NCBI GenBank assembly: GCA_041548485.1
Contig: JBFESP010000001.1
Coordinates: 72,835-136,834, forward strand
Direction: 5' to 3'
Length of the DNA stretch: 64,000 nt
DNA from: Thermoplasmata archaeon
GTDB lineage: Archaea > Thermoplasmatota > Thermoplasmata > UBA10834
Numbering within the stretch: position 1 is the first letter of the stretch; every line of letters begins with the position of its first letter. The position numbers and the translations under genes were made by a program. Shown one piece after another: positions 1 to 8,498 of this stretch. The notes below the pieces were generated by a model, which was not told where the DNA came from, made no database searches, and was given only the letters and a program-made list of their open reading frames with translations.

Positions 1-676
1 GAGAGAGATAAGGGACATCCTCGGCGAAAAGATGATGGTAGTCGGCGTCAACCCACTGGCCCTCGCACTTGTGAAACCTCCTGGCGAGATGGGAGCTGAC
101 ATCGTGGTCGGCGATGCCCAGGTGTTCGGCGTGCCGATGAGCTACGGCGGCCCGTCGGTGGGAATCTTCGGCTGCAAATCGGACCATGTGAGGAAGATGC
201 CCGGGCGCCTGATAGGGATGACAGAGGACGCCGAGGGGAGAAGGTCCTTCTGCATGACGCTCCAGACACGCGAGCAGCACATAAGGCGAAGCAAGGCCAC
301 CTCCAACATATGCACGAACGAGGCGCTGCTCGCGGTAGCCGTGGCGGCACATCTCGCGGTGCTCGGGCGGACGGGCCTGAGGCGGACCGCGCTCAGAAAC
401 CTCGAGAATATGCACTCGCTCTCAAAAGGGATCGACGAAGTCGAGGGATTCGACGCTCCCGTCTTCGACGCACCACACTTCAACGAGTTTGCGGTCAGGT
501 CCAGCATTCCGGCGGAGAGCATCAGGAGGAACCTCCTAGACAAACGAATACACGGGGGCGTCTCGCTCGATGGGTGGTTTCCAGAACTCAGGGACTGCGC
601 CCTGTATGCGACGACCGAGATGCATTCACAGATGGACCACGACAGGCTCCTTGCCGCGCTGGAGGGAGTTAGATGA
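1..676 (+). CDS. gcvPA: Glycine dehydrogenase (decarboxylating) subunit 1, C-terminal part. The gene continues upstream of the window; the reading frame starts at position 2.
   Basis: Translation contains ...GEMGADIVVGDAQVFGVPMSYGGP..., typical of the GcvPA C-terminus. The stop at 674-676 overlaps the next gene's ATG, as in the gcvPA-gcvPB arrangement. Confidence 0.8.
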   Translation, partial: REIRDILGEKMMVVGVNPLALALVKPPGEMGADIVVGDAQVFGVPMSYGGPSVGIFGCKSDHVRKMPGRLIGMTEDAEGRRSFCMTLQTREQHIRRSKATSNICTNEALLAVAVAAHLAVLGRTGLRRTALRNLENMHSLSKGIDEVEGFDAPVFDAPHFNEFAVRSSIPAESIRRNLLDKRIHGGVSLDGWFPELRDCALYATTEMHSQMDHDRLLAALEGVR

Positions 677-2136
677 GATACCACCAGGCGATCCACGACG
701 TCCCCCTGCTCATGGAAGGGTGCGACGGTGTGGAGCAGAGCGACGACCTGAACATCGGCGACCTGTTGCCGGATGAACTGTTGCGGTCAGGCTTGAAGCT
801 TCCAGACCTCCCCGAGAGGGAGGTCGTGAAACACTTCGTCAACCTCTCGCAAATGAACTTCGGCGTGGACAACGGCCTATACCCGCTCGGCTCGTGCACG
901 ATGAAGTACAACCCCAAGGTGTGTGATGAGATCGTGTGGTGGGAGACGGTCGCAGGACTACATCCGTTACAGGACGCCGGCACGGTCCAGGGTGCGCTCG
1001 CCCTCATGCACGGGCTCGAGCAGATGCTCTGCGAGATCGGCGGCGTCGACGCCGTGAGCCTGCAGCCTGCCGCTGGAGCGCATGGCGAGTACACTGGAAT
1101 GCATATCGTGAGGGCTCATCATGGATCAAACGGGGAGGACAGGAGAGAGGTCATCCTGCCAGATACAGCCCATGGGACGAACCCCGCGAGCGCCGCGATG
1201 GTCGGATACGATGTGCTCGACCTGCCATCGAAGGACGGCTGCGTCGACGTCGAGGCGCTGAAAGCGGCCATATCCGACGATACGGCTGCGTTCATGTTGA
1301 CGAACCCGAACACGCTTGGCCTATTCGAGAAGGACGTGACGGAGATTGCGGGGATAGTCCATGAATCAGGAGCGCTCCTATACTACGACGGGGCGAACCT
1401 GAACGCCATCATGGGCAAGACCTCGCCCGGCGCTATGGACTTCGACATCGTCCACTTCAACCCCCACAAGACGTTCGCCACCCCCCATGGAGGGGGAGGG
1501 CCTGGGGCGGGACCGGTGGGCGTCAAGGCGTTCCTTGAGGAGTACCTACCAGTACCCCGAATCGTCAAGAGGGACGGCGTCTACAGCCTGGACCATGATA
1601 GACCTAATAGCATCGGCAAAGTCCGGGCGTTCTACGGCAATTTCGGCGTTCTTGTCAGGGCGTATGCCTACATCCGGATGCTCGGAGGAGACGGTCTCGA
1701 GAGGGCATCTGAGGGGGCGGTCCTGAACTCCAACTACCTCAAGGAGAAGCTCAAGGGCATCTTCGACATGCCCTATGGCGACCTCCGAAAGCACGAGTTC
1801 GTTCTGAGCGGGAACCCGCTCAGACAGAAGGGGCTGAGGACCACGGACTTCGCGAAACGACTCCTAGACTACGGTTTCCACGCGCCAACCGTCTACTTCC
1901 CTCTCATCGTCGACGAGGCCCTGATGATAGAGCCCACCGAGACGGAGACGAAGGGCACTCTGGACGCGTTCGCGGAAGCCTGCAGGAAGATAATGGCAGA
2001 GGACCCGGAGATCCTCAAGGGGGCTCCGTACAATACGGCCCGCAGGAGGATAGACGAGGCAAAGGCTGCCCGGGACATGATATTGAGCTGGAACGCGTAC
2101 GAGAAGAAGATGACTGACGGCGCAAGCCCACCGTGA
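673..2136 (+). CDS. gcvPB: Glycine dehydrogenase (decarboxylating) subunit 2, PLP-dependent
   Basis: 487 aa with MRYHQAIHDVPLLMEGCDG...YPLGSCTMKYNPK...HFNPHKTF motifs characteristic of GcvPB. Its ATG overlaps the gcvPA stop. Confidence 0.9.
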   Translation: MRYHQAIHDVPLLMEGCDGVEQSDDLNIGDLLPDELLRSGLKLPDLPEREVVKHFVNLSQMNFGVDNGLYPLGSCTMKYNPKVCDEIVWWETVAGLHPLQDAGTVQGALALMHGLEQMLCEIGGVDAVSLQPAAGAHGEYTGMHIVRAHHGSNGEDRREVILPDTAHGTNPASAAMVGYDVLDLPSKDGCVDVEALKAAISDDTAAFMLTNPNTLGLFEKDVTEIAGIVHESGALLYYDGANLNAIMGKTSPGAMDFDIVHFNPHKTFATPHGGGGPGAGPVGVKAFLEEYLPVPRIVKRDGVYSLDHDRPNSIGKVRAFYGNFGVLVRAYAYIRMLGGDGLERASEGAVLNSNYLKEKLKGIFDMPYGDLRKHEFVLSGNPLRQKGLRTTDFAKRLLDYGFHAPTVYFPLIVDEALMIEPTETETKGTLDAFAEACRKIMAEDPEILKGAPYNTARRRIDEAKAARDMILSWNAYEKKMTDGASPP

Positions 2137-2145
2137 ACGACGGTC

Positions 2146-2382
2146 TCAATCCCGCTTGAACCTGGCGCAGATGAGTGTCCTGGACCCCGTGACGCCTTGG
2201 ACACTCCTGACCTTCTGGAGCACGACATCACACAGTTTGTCGTAGTCGTCTGTCTCCATGCGGGCAATTATATCGTACTGGCCGAACAGCTGGTGGGCTT
2301 CCGACAGCTCAGGTAAGTGCCTTATGCTCTCCAAGACGGACGTCTCCTTGCCCGTCGCTGTCGCAATCAACACGTATGCCAC
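2146..2382 (-). CDS. Stand-alone Lrp/AsnC C-terminal (RAM) ligand-binding domain protein, GTG start
   Basis: 78 aa (MAYVLIATATGKE...YDIIARMETDDYDKL...) resembling the effector-binding domain of Lrp/AsnC regulators. A TATA-like TTATAAG sits about 30 nt upstream on the minus strand. Confidence 0.5.
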   Translation of the reverse strand: MAYVLIATATGKETSVLESIRHLPELSEAHQLFGQYDIIARMETDDYDKLCDVVLQKVRSVQGVTGSRTLICARFKRD

Positions 2383-2543
2383 GACCAGTGTATCACCTGA
2401 GATAGCGTGTAAGCGTATTTTGTCTACTTATAACCTGTCAGAAGGGGCGGTCAAACCTATGTTGGCATGCTGGCAAGAGCTCGACACCCGCCGCCACCCC
2501 GGAAAATGTTAACTACGGGCGGGACCAATCGGAGCGGAGTAGA

Positions 2544-3137
2544 ATGTCGGGATTCGTGGTGATCGAAGGAATCGACGGTTGCGGAAAGAGCACCGTCGCG
2601 ATGACCGTTGCGGGCAGGCTAGGCCCTCGAGCCGTTCTGACGAGGGAGCCGACGGACTCCTGGATCGGCAGGGCGGTCCGCAAGGGCGGCTCCGAGGAGC
2701 TGAGCCCCTATCTGGATGCGCTCCTATTCATGGCGGACAGAGCCAATCACACGCCGGAGATCGCAGACCATCTGGAGAAGGGAAGGATCGTCGTCTGCGA
2801 CAGGTACTATCATTCCACTGTGGCGTATCAGACCGCCTATCTGAGGAGGAAGTCCCAGGGCGACAACTTCGACTGGCTCCTCGACGCAAACATCAGGATA
2901 TCGATTCACCCAGACGTGACCTTCCTCCTGACCGTCGACCCGGAAGAGGCACTTGCCAGGATAGGCGACCGTGGCGAACTTACCAGGTTCGAACGCGCGG
3001 ACTTCCTCCAGGAAGTCCAGGAGAATTATCTAAGGCTCGCGGAACGGGACCCGACCATGGTCCGGGTAGACTCGGCCAGACCACCAGGAGAGATCGTCGA
3101 GGAGATACTCCGGGCTTTGGACGAGAGGAAGTTTTAA
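2544..3137 (+). CDS. tmk: Thymidylate kinase
   Basis: P-loop IEGIDGCGKST, DRY-type motif CDRYYHS, 197 aa. Confidence 0.85.
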   Translation: MSGFVVIEGIDGCGKSTVAMTVAGRLGPRAVLTREPTDSWIGRAVRKGGSEELSPYLDALLFMADRANHTPEIADHLEKGRIVVCDRYYHSTVAYQTAYLRRKSQGDNFDWLLDANIRISIHPDVTFLLTVDPEEALARIGDRGELTRFERADFLQEVQENYLRLAERDPTMVRVDSARPPGEIVEEILRALDERKF

Positions 3138-3165
3138 TACATAGAGAGGGTTCGAACGTGGTTGA

Positions 3166-4380
3166 ATGCATCCAGCGAACCATCTGAGAGGCACCAAGGG
3201 AGACGAACTGAGAGACAGACGGGTCGTCCTCGGTGTGACGGGTAGCATCGCGGCCGTCGACACGGTCAGGCTCTGCAGGGAGCTGATCCGACACGGTGCC
3301 GAGGTGCATGTGGTCATGTCCAAGGAGGCACAGAAGATCATCCACCCAAACGCGTTCGAGTTCGCCTCTGGACTCCCTGTTACCACGGAGATCGACGGTA
3401 GAGTTCAACACGTGGCGCTCTGCGGTGATGTGCCCGACAGAGCCGACCTGCTCCTGATAGCCCCTTGTACCGCCAACACTCTGTCCAAAGTCGCCCTCGG
3501 AATCGACGACACCTCGGTCACGACCTTCGCCACGACCGCGCTGGGAAGCGACATACCCGTCATGGTCGTGCCAGCCATGCATGGGAGCATGATGAAGAAC
3601 TCCGCAGTGCTCGAGAACATCGAGCGACTGAAAGGCATGGGAGTGACGGTTCTCGAGTCCAGGATGGAGGAGTCGAAGGCCAAGATGCCGGACATCGGCC
3701 ACATCGTCTCCACCGTGATATCACACATCGGAAGAAGGGACCTCAAAGGATTGAGAGTCCTCGTGATCGCCGGAGCGACGGAGGAGCCCGTCGATAACAT
3801 CAGGGTGCTGACCAACAGGAGCTCCGGGGAGACTGGCATCGAGATTGCCAGGACGGCGTTTCACAGAGGAGCGGAAACGGAACTCTGGATAGGCAGGTCA
3901 GACGCCGCCGTTCCATCCCATATGACACTCAGACGATTCCGAACGACTCAGGACCTCCACGATATGGTCGTCGCTGAGGAACCGACATGGGACATCGTGC
4001 TCTTCCCCGCTGCCGTGTCGGACTACGCCCCTGAGAAGGCGGAGGGCAAGATATCGTCGTCCGAGCCACAGATAACACTGACCCTGACGAGGAACCCGAA
4101 GATCATCGACGACATCAGGGCGAAGGTCGTCGTCGGGTTCAAGGCTCAGTCGCAAGTGGACGACGACAGACTGGTCTCAGAGTCGGTGGCGCTGATAGAG
4201 CGGTCGAAATGTTCGTTCGTCGCGGCGAACCTCGTGGAAGATGTCTCCGCCGGAAAGACACGGGTGTTGCTCGTCGACAACAAAGGCGCCCCTGAGGAAC
4301 TCAGGGGCACGAAGGCGGAAGTGGCGGAGAAGATTCTCGACAGGGCCGCGAGGATGGTCAGGTCAACTACCCACGAATAG
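3166..4380 (+). CDS. coaBC: Bifunctional phosphopantothenoylcysteine decarboxylase / phosphopantothenate-cysteine ligase (CoaBC/Dfp)
   Basis: 404 aa. N-terminal flavoprotein domain (VVLGVTGSIAAVDTVRL...PCTANTLSKVALGIDD) followed by a CoaB domain. The C-terminal ...LLVDNKGAPEELRGTKAEVAEKILD fits the conserved Dfp C-terminus. Confidence 0.9.
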   Translation: MHPANHLRGTKGDELRDRRVVLGVTGSIAAVDTVRLCRELIRHGAEVHVVMSKEAQKIIHPNAFEFASGLPVTTEIDGRVQHVALCGDVPDRADLLLIAPCTANTLSKVALGIDDTSVTTFATTALGSDIPVMVVPAMHGSMMKNSAVLENIERLKGMGVTVLESRMEESKAKMPDIGHIVSTVISHIGRRDLKGLRVLVIAGATEEPVDNIRVLTNRSSGETGIEIARTAFHRGAETELWIGRSDAAVPSHMTLRRFRTTQDLHDMVVAEEPTWDIVLFPAAVSDYAPEKAEGKISSSEPQITLTLTRNPKIIDDIRAKVVVGFKAQSQVDDDRLVSESVALIERSKCSFVAANLVEDVSAGKTRVLLVDNKGAPEELRGTKAEVAEKILDRAARMVRSTTHE

Positions 4381-5497
4381 ATTCGTGGGCTTGTAACTGA
4401 GGTGGAACCGAATGTTCGGAAACAGAGCTCGCTACGATTGGTTGGTTGACGGACAACCTACCAGCCTCAGCTTTACCGAGGCTGGCGATGTTGCGTGCGG
4501 CATTGAGGTCGGCGTGGAGTTCGAAGGCGCAAGCCTTGCATCGGTAGACGAGCCCGGTCCGGTTGCTCTTGCGGATGTCACCACATCTGGAACATCTCTG
4601 GCTCGTATATCGGGCGTCGATATAGATGACGGCCTTGCCCTGTCCTTCGGCTTTGTACTCGATGAACCTCTGGAGTTGGCCGAAGGCCCAATCCCCGAGC
4701 TTCCTGTTGAAGCTCCGCCCGAGTCGTTTGTCTCTTCGGATCCCAAGCTTCTCCAATGCCACGGCGTCGAAAGGTTGGGACAATATCCAGTTAGCTATCT
4801 GGTGATTGACATCGGCCATGAAGCGTTTTTCCCGGCCCGAGAGTCGCTTGAGCTTCCTCTTGGCGGAGCGGGTGCCTTTGGCCTGAAGCCTCCGACGGAT
4901 ATGCTGATATTCGCCCTTGACCTTTCGAATGTGAGAGGATCTGTAGAATTTGTCGTTGGAGAGAACGGCATGGTTGAGTATGCCTGTATCGACCCCGATG
5001 ATGGTGTTGGGTGGCCTGACGGACGGCGTCCTCTCCTCGACCACGATGCCGAGGACGAGTTTGTGGCCATTGTAGGAGAGCTTGGCAGAAACGACCTTCC
5101 AATCCGTGTATTTCTTAAAGTAATCAGGAATTTTAGTTGGGACATTGACTCTCTTGTTGATACTCGCAAGGGTCACGAACCCCCTTCCGAGTTCGGGCGT
5201 GAATGTCCGTTGGTTGTATCTGATGGCCGACCATCTCCGTTTGAACGGCAATCTCCTGAGTTTAACCAGTTTCAGCATCTCGGAAGCATTGTCCCGGGCG
5301 GTCGTGACGATGGACGCGGGGATGTTCGGATATTTTTCTCGGATGGGGTAGTATGTGAGATGGTGGAGCTTGAGCTTATTGACAATCTTATTCTCGAACC
5401 CCGCCTTGAGAATGTCATTGGTGGCGAGATTGGTCATCTCGATGGTCTTGACCAGGCGGTCATCTGGCTCGATATGCAGAGTGATCGTCCGTTGCAC
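4367..5497 (-). CDS. tnpB: TnpB (OrfB), the RuvC-like RNA-guided nuclease of the IS200/IS605 family. No tnpA accompanies it, so it is an IS1341-type element.
   Basis: 376 aa with the RuvC-I motif IGVDTGI, RuvC-II motif AVALEKL, zinc finger CSRCG...CKAC and RuvC-III motif HADLNAARNIA. GC content is lower than that of the flanking genes. Confidence 0.9.
   Translation of the reverse strand: MQRTITLHIEPDDRLVKTIEMTNLATNDILKAGFENKIVNKLKLHHLTYYPIREKYPNIPASIVTTARDNASEMLKLVKLRRLPFKRRWSAIRYNQRTFTPELGRGFVTLASINKRVNVPTKIPDYFKKYTDWKVVSAKLSYNGHKLVLGIVVEERTPSVRPPNTIIGVDTGILNHAVLSNDKFYRSSHIRKVKGEYQHIRRRLQAKGTRSAKRKLKRLSGREKRFMADVNHQIANWILSQPFDAVALEKLGIRRDKRLGRSFNRKLGDWAFGQLQRFIEYKAEGQGKAVIYIDARYTSQRCSRCGDIRKSNRTGLVYRCKACAFELHADLNAARNIASLGKAEAGRLSVNQPIVASSVSEHSVPPQLQAHESIRG
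4381..4530 (-). ncRNA. Predicted omega RNA (right-end RNA) scaffold overlapping the 3' end of tnpB. The guide is expected from the adjacent coaBC 3' end.
   Basis: Position is inferred from the known architecture of TnpB systems. The sequence shows perfect hairpins at 4408-4419 (CCGAA-TG-TTCGG) and 4461-4485 (CCAGCCTC...GAGGCTGG). Confidence 0.3.
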
Positions 5498-5602
5498 ATA
5501 GGGTCATTCAGTTCTGATTATGTATATATGTAAAGAGAGGGATGGTGAAACTATTCTTACAATTCCTCCCACGATTGAAATCACGGGTTTCCTTGGAGGT
5601 AA

Positions 5603-6478
5603 TTGATGAAAACCAGGGCTTTCTGCCCGGGACACATCACAGGATTCTTCGAGATGTGCAGGACGGACAACCCAATGGCAAGCGGTTCAAGGGGTGGGGG
5701 GCTATGTACCTCGTTGGGCGCACTATCCGAGGTCAGCGTAGAGAGAGCCGATCGTCTCGAGATCGATGTCAACATCGACCGCGAGCCCAGAGAAGCCGAA
5801 GTCACCCGGGCCGCACTCGGGCACCTGCTCGGTGATGAGCAGCTTCATGTCAATGTGACAACTGAGCTCGACCTTCCGGAGAGCCAGGGCTTCGGTATGA
5901 GCGCAGCAGGGGCACTCTCCGCATGCGTCGCAGCCTCGCACACACTCGGAATCGCCCGCCAGAAGGCATTCGAGGCGGCGCACGTCGCGGAGATCGAATG
6001 TGGTACAGGGCTGGGAGACGTTTCGGCGATTCATCGCGCAGGCATCACGATACGCGAATCGCCAGGTCTCCCGCCGACCGGCAGGGTCCACCGCATCGAG
6101 GGAGCCCCGGAAGTCGTTCTCGCGGTTGTCGGACCGCCCATCAGAACCTCGGACATGCTCAGAGATATCGAGCTGACACGGCGTATCAACCGTTGTGGCG
6201 CAGAGAGGGTTCCTCAGCTGCTCGGCGAACCGACGGTGGACGACCTGATGCGATTGTCATCATCGTTCGCGCTGGAGACAGGCCTCGCGTCCGAACGGGT
6301 GATATCCGCCATGGACGCAGCATCCGTCGCCGGAGCTGCCAGCATGATCATGCTCGGCAATTCCGTTTTCGCAATAGGACGGACGGAGGAGCTGATCGAT
6401 ATTCTCAGCGCGTTCGGAGAGGTCCGATCGTGCGGTGTCGACGGTGCAGGCGCCAGGGTTCTGCCCAATCAGGCGTGA
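5603..6478 (+). CDS. GHMP-family kinase, probable archaeal pantoate kinase (CoA pathway)
   Basis: 291 aa. N-terminal AFCPGHITGFFE, GHMP motif PESQGFGMSAAGALSA. It is adjacent to coaBC, and a GGAGGT SD lies 5 nt upstream. Confidence 0.65.
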   Translation: MMKTRAFCPGHITGFFEMCRTDNPMASGSRGGGLCTSLGALSEVSVERADRLEIDVNIDREPREAEVTRAALGHLLGDEQLHVNVTTELDLPESQGFGMSAAGALSACVAASHTLGIARQKAFEAAHVAEIECGTGLGDVSAIHRAGITIRESPGLPPTGRVHRIEGAPEVVLAVVGPPIRTSDMLRDIELTRRINRCGAERVPQLLGEPTVDDLMRLSSSFALETGLASERVISAMDAASVAGAASMIMLGNSVFAIGRTEELIDILSAFGEVRSCGVDGAGARVLPNQA

Positions 6479-6492
6479 GAGTCGTCACACGA

Positions 6493-6795
6493 TCACTCGT
6501 ACAGAGTGAAGAGTCGGTCGTCACCGCCCACATCGAACAAGCCGATCCTCGCACCGCTGTCCAGCCACCCGTGCGCGTAGTTCACGCATGCGAACGCGTT
6601 CGCCAGACTGCCCTCCCGGGCGAACCCTTTCGCGTCCTCGAAGTACGACCTCGCCATGGTGAGAAAATCCTCAGCTAGTTTCCTGTTGAATGACCTGTCG
6701 GGTGCGGCGATCCGCAGCTTGGCCAGCGCATCTGATGTGAGCCGGATGTACTTCTCGACCCGTTCGATGGTTATCGTCTCTCCCTCGCCAGTCAT
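6493..6795 (-). CDS. Small alpha-helical archaeal protein, DUF357-like
   Basis: 100 aa from an internal ATG, 5 nt after the HerA-like stop. The motif FACVNYAHGWLDSGARIGLFDV resembles DUF357. The upstream part of the long ORF is a frame-shadow of the HerA-like gene. Confidence 0.45.
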   Translation of the reverse strand: MTGEGETITIERVEKYIRLTSDALAKLRIAAPDRSFNRKLAEDFLTMARSYFEDAKGFAREGSLANAFACVNYAHGWLDSGARIGLFDVGGDDRLFTLYE

Positions 6796-6800
6796 CGCTC

Positions 6801-8405
6801 CTACATCCTTCTGGACGGGATGATCTCCACGCTCTCGCCGCCGTGGAGCGACTCCCTGGGACGAATGTCGACGAAGAGCGGCATGGATACGCCGCCGCCG
6901 GTGATTATGGCGGTTCCGATAGGCAACCTCTGGATCTCGTCCTCCATTCCATCCGTCAATCCCTCGATCGACGCTGCGATCGCCTTGAGGTCGTTCGGGT
7001 TGTTCACCTTGAGTATGACCTGGGTGTTGCACTGGCTTAGCACGTTCTTGTCCACCTTCGCAGGCCTCTGGGATATCACCATGAGGCCCAGGCCGAACTT
7101 CCTGCCCTCGGACGCGATGGTCCTGAAGACCTTGGAGCACGCCACCTGCCCTTGTTGCGGACAGAAGTTGTGCGCCTCCTCGACGACCAGCATCAACGGA
7201 GGTATCTTGCCGACCTTCCGGAGCTCGAAGAGCGCGTTGCCTATCCTGTTGACTATGAGTTCCTGCATGTCGGGCGGTGTGCCTCTCAGGTTGATGATTG
7301 TCGCCTTGCCCTTCTTGATGAGCTCGTCGATCTTCGTCCCCTGCTCCGCGAAGACATCTATCTCGTTCAGGTACTCAAGCTCGCTTATAAGTATCCCGCT
7401 GGACTGCTCATCGTTGGCTTCGAGGACAGCTATGATGTCGGTTATCGAGAAGCTATCCTTCGTGTCCCGAAGGGCGTCGACCGCCTTCCTGAGCATAGTC
7501 AGGTACGATCTCACGTTCTTGATGTTCGTGAGACCTAGTATCTCCCTCGCATCGAGGTTGTGGAGCGTGAACTTCAGAGGTTTGGCATGCTTGTTCAGGT
7601 TAGTGTCCGTCGCGAACTCGGCAATCTTATCATCGTATCCCTTCGGCTTCACACCGAAGTCTCTGTTGGTCTTCTTGACAGTCCCTCGCTTCCGCATCGT
7701 CGAGTATTCGCCGTGAGGGTCTAGCACGCAAACGGTGACATTGTGCTTCATCAGCTCCTCTATGAGTGCGCCGGAACAGTACGATTTCCCGCCGCCGGTC
7801 TTGCTGAGGATGCACACGTGCTTCTGCACGAGCAGGTTGATGTCGAGCTCCACGCGGATATCGTGGCCTGCCAGGAGGCCGATATACGCGCCGGAATCGG
7901 TGTGCTCCTCGATGCCGACCACGCTTTTTATCAGGTCCTCCTGCGCGCGGAAGACGCTCTCACCGGCGCGCATCGGGGTCCTGGGAGCCTGGAGCAGATT
8001 TCGGTCATCCCGATATCCCACGACGGATACCGTCGCGATCTCCTTCTCCTCGATATCGATGGGGGTCCCGTGCTTCATCGACTGAACTCCGTCCGTCGTC
8101 AGGTTGGTGCGCCGCTCGATCTCCGACACCTGCCCAAGTACGAACCCGTGCAGGCCATGGCGCACCTGGACGAACTCCATCTTCTCCAGGGGAGCGGTCA
8201 CTACAATGTTGAACTTGAGCGTGCCGACGTTGCCGTATATCACACCCACCTGAGTGAGTCCGTGAGGGTCGGCGACCTTGTGCGCGCGGCGGGAGCGCGG
8301 CTTGTGAGCGTGCTCGTCGTGGGCCTCACCAACATCTTCGGGGAACGGAGCGTCGGTTTCGCCCGTTGATAGGTCCAACTGGTCAGTGCTCTCGTTCAAA
8401 TGCAT
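6801..8405 (-). CDS. HerA/FtsK-like DUF87 ATPase (HerA-like bipolar-helicase family)
   Basis: 534 aa. Walker A ILSKTGGGKSY, Walker B LMLVVEEAHNF, VISQRPAKVD motif, N-terminal barrel-like region. Confidence 0.75.
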   Translation of the reverse strand: MHLNESTDQLDLSTGETDAPFPEDVGEAHDEHAHKPRSRRAHKVADPHGLTQVGVIYGNVGTLKFNIVVTAPLEKMEFVQVRHGLHGFVLGQVSEIERRTNLTTDGVQSMKHGTPIDIEEKEIATVSVVGYRDDRNLLQAPRTPMRAGESVFRAQEDLIKSVVGIEEHTDSGAYIGLLAGHDIRVELDINLLVQKHVCILSKTGGGKSYCSGALIEELMKHNVTVCVLDPHGEYSTMRKRGTVKKTNRDFGVKPKGYDDKIAEFATDTNLNKHAKPLKFTLHNLDAREILGLTNIKNVRSYLTMLRKAVDALRDTKDSFSITDIIAVLEANDEQSSGILISELEYLNEIDVFAEQGTKIDELIKKGKATIINLRGTPPDMQELIVNRIGNALFELRKVGKIPPLMLVVEEAHNFCPQQGQVACSKVFRTIASEGRKFGLGLMVISQRPAKVDKNVLSQCNTQVILKVNNPNDLKAIAASIEGLTDGMEDEIQRLPIGTAIITGGGVSMPLFVDIRPRESLHGGESVEIIPSRRM

Positions 8406-8498
8406 CCCATCTCAATTTCCCAATATGACGATTTCTTCTATTAATGCTTTCGTGGAACTCTCGCACGGCCAACGGGGCGTCAAGTTATATGAGAAAGG

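Larger units (their letters stand above)
4367..5600 (-). mobile_element. IS200/IS605-family TnpB-only insertion between coaBC and the pantoate kinase gene. Boundaries are approximate.
   Basis: A low-GC segment with an AT-rich left flank (5498-5600). The tnpB 3' end abuts the coaBC stop with a 14-nt overlap. No tnpA is present. Confidence 0.55.

Noticed and set aside
3148-3160. GGGTTCGAACG T-loop-like string between tmk and coaBC
   Set aside because: The intergenic region is only 28 nt, and no acceptor or anticodon arms are present, so it is not a tRNA.
4289-4307. Perfect 8-bp hairpin CCCCTGAG-GAA-CTCAGGGG inside the 3' end of coaBC, considered as the IS right-end hairpin (which would make the CoaBC C-terminus IS-derived)
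   Set aside because: The CoaBC C-terminal residues match the conserved Dfp C-terminal pattern, so this region is native. The hairpin may be coincidental, or may be read as part of the omega RNA guide-proximal region.
6493-7140. The full 215-aa ORF including the R/H-rich N-terminal 115 codons
   Set aside because: The N-terminal part overlaps the HerA-like 3' end in another frame and is compositionally junk. The internal ATG at 6795, 5 nt after the HerA-like stop, gives a coherent 100-aa protein.
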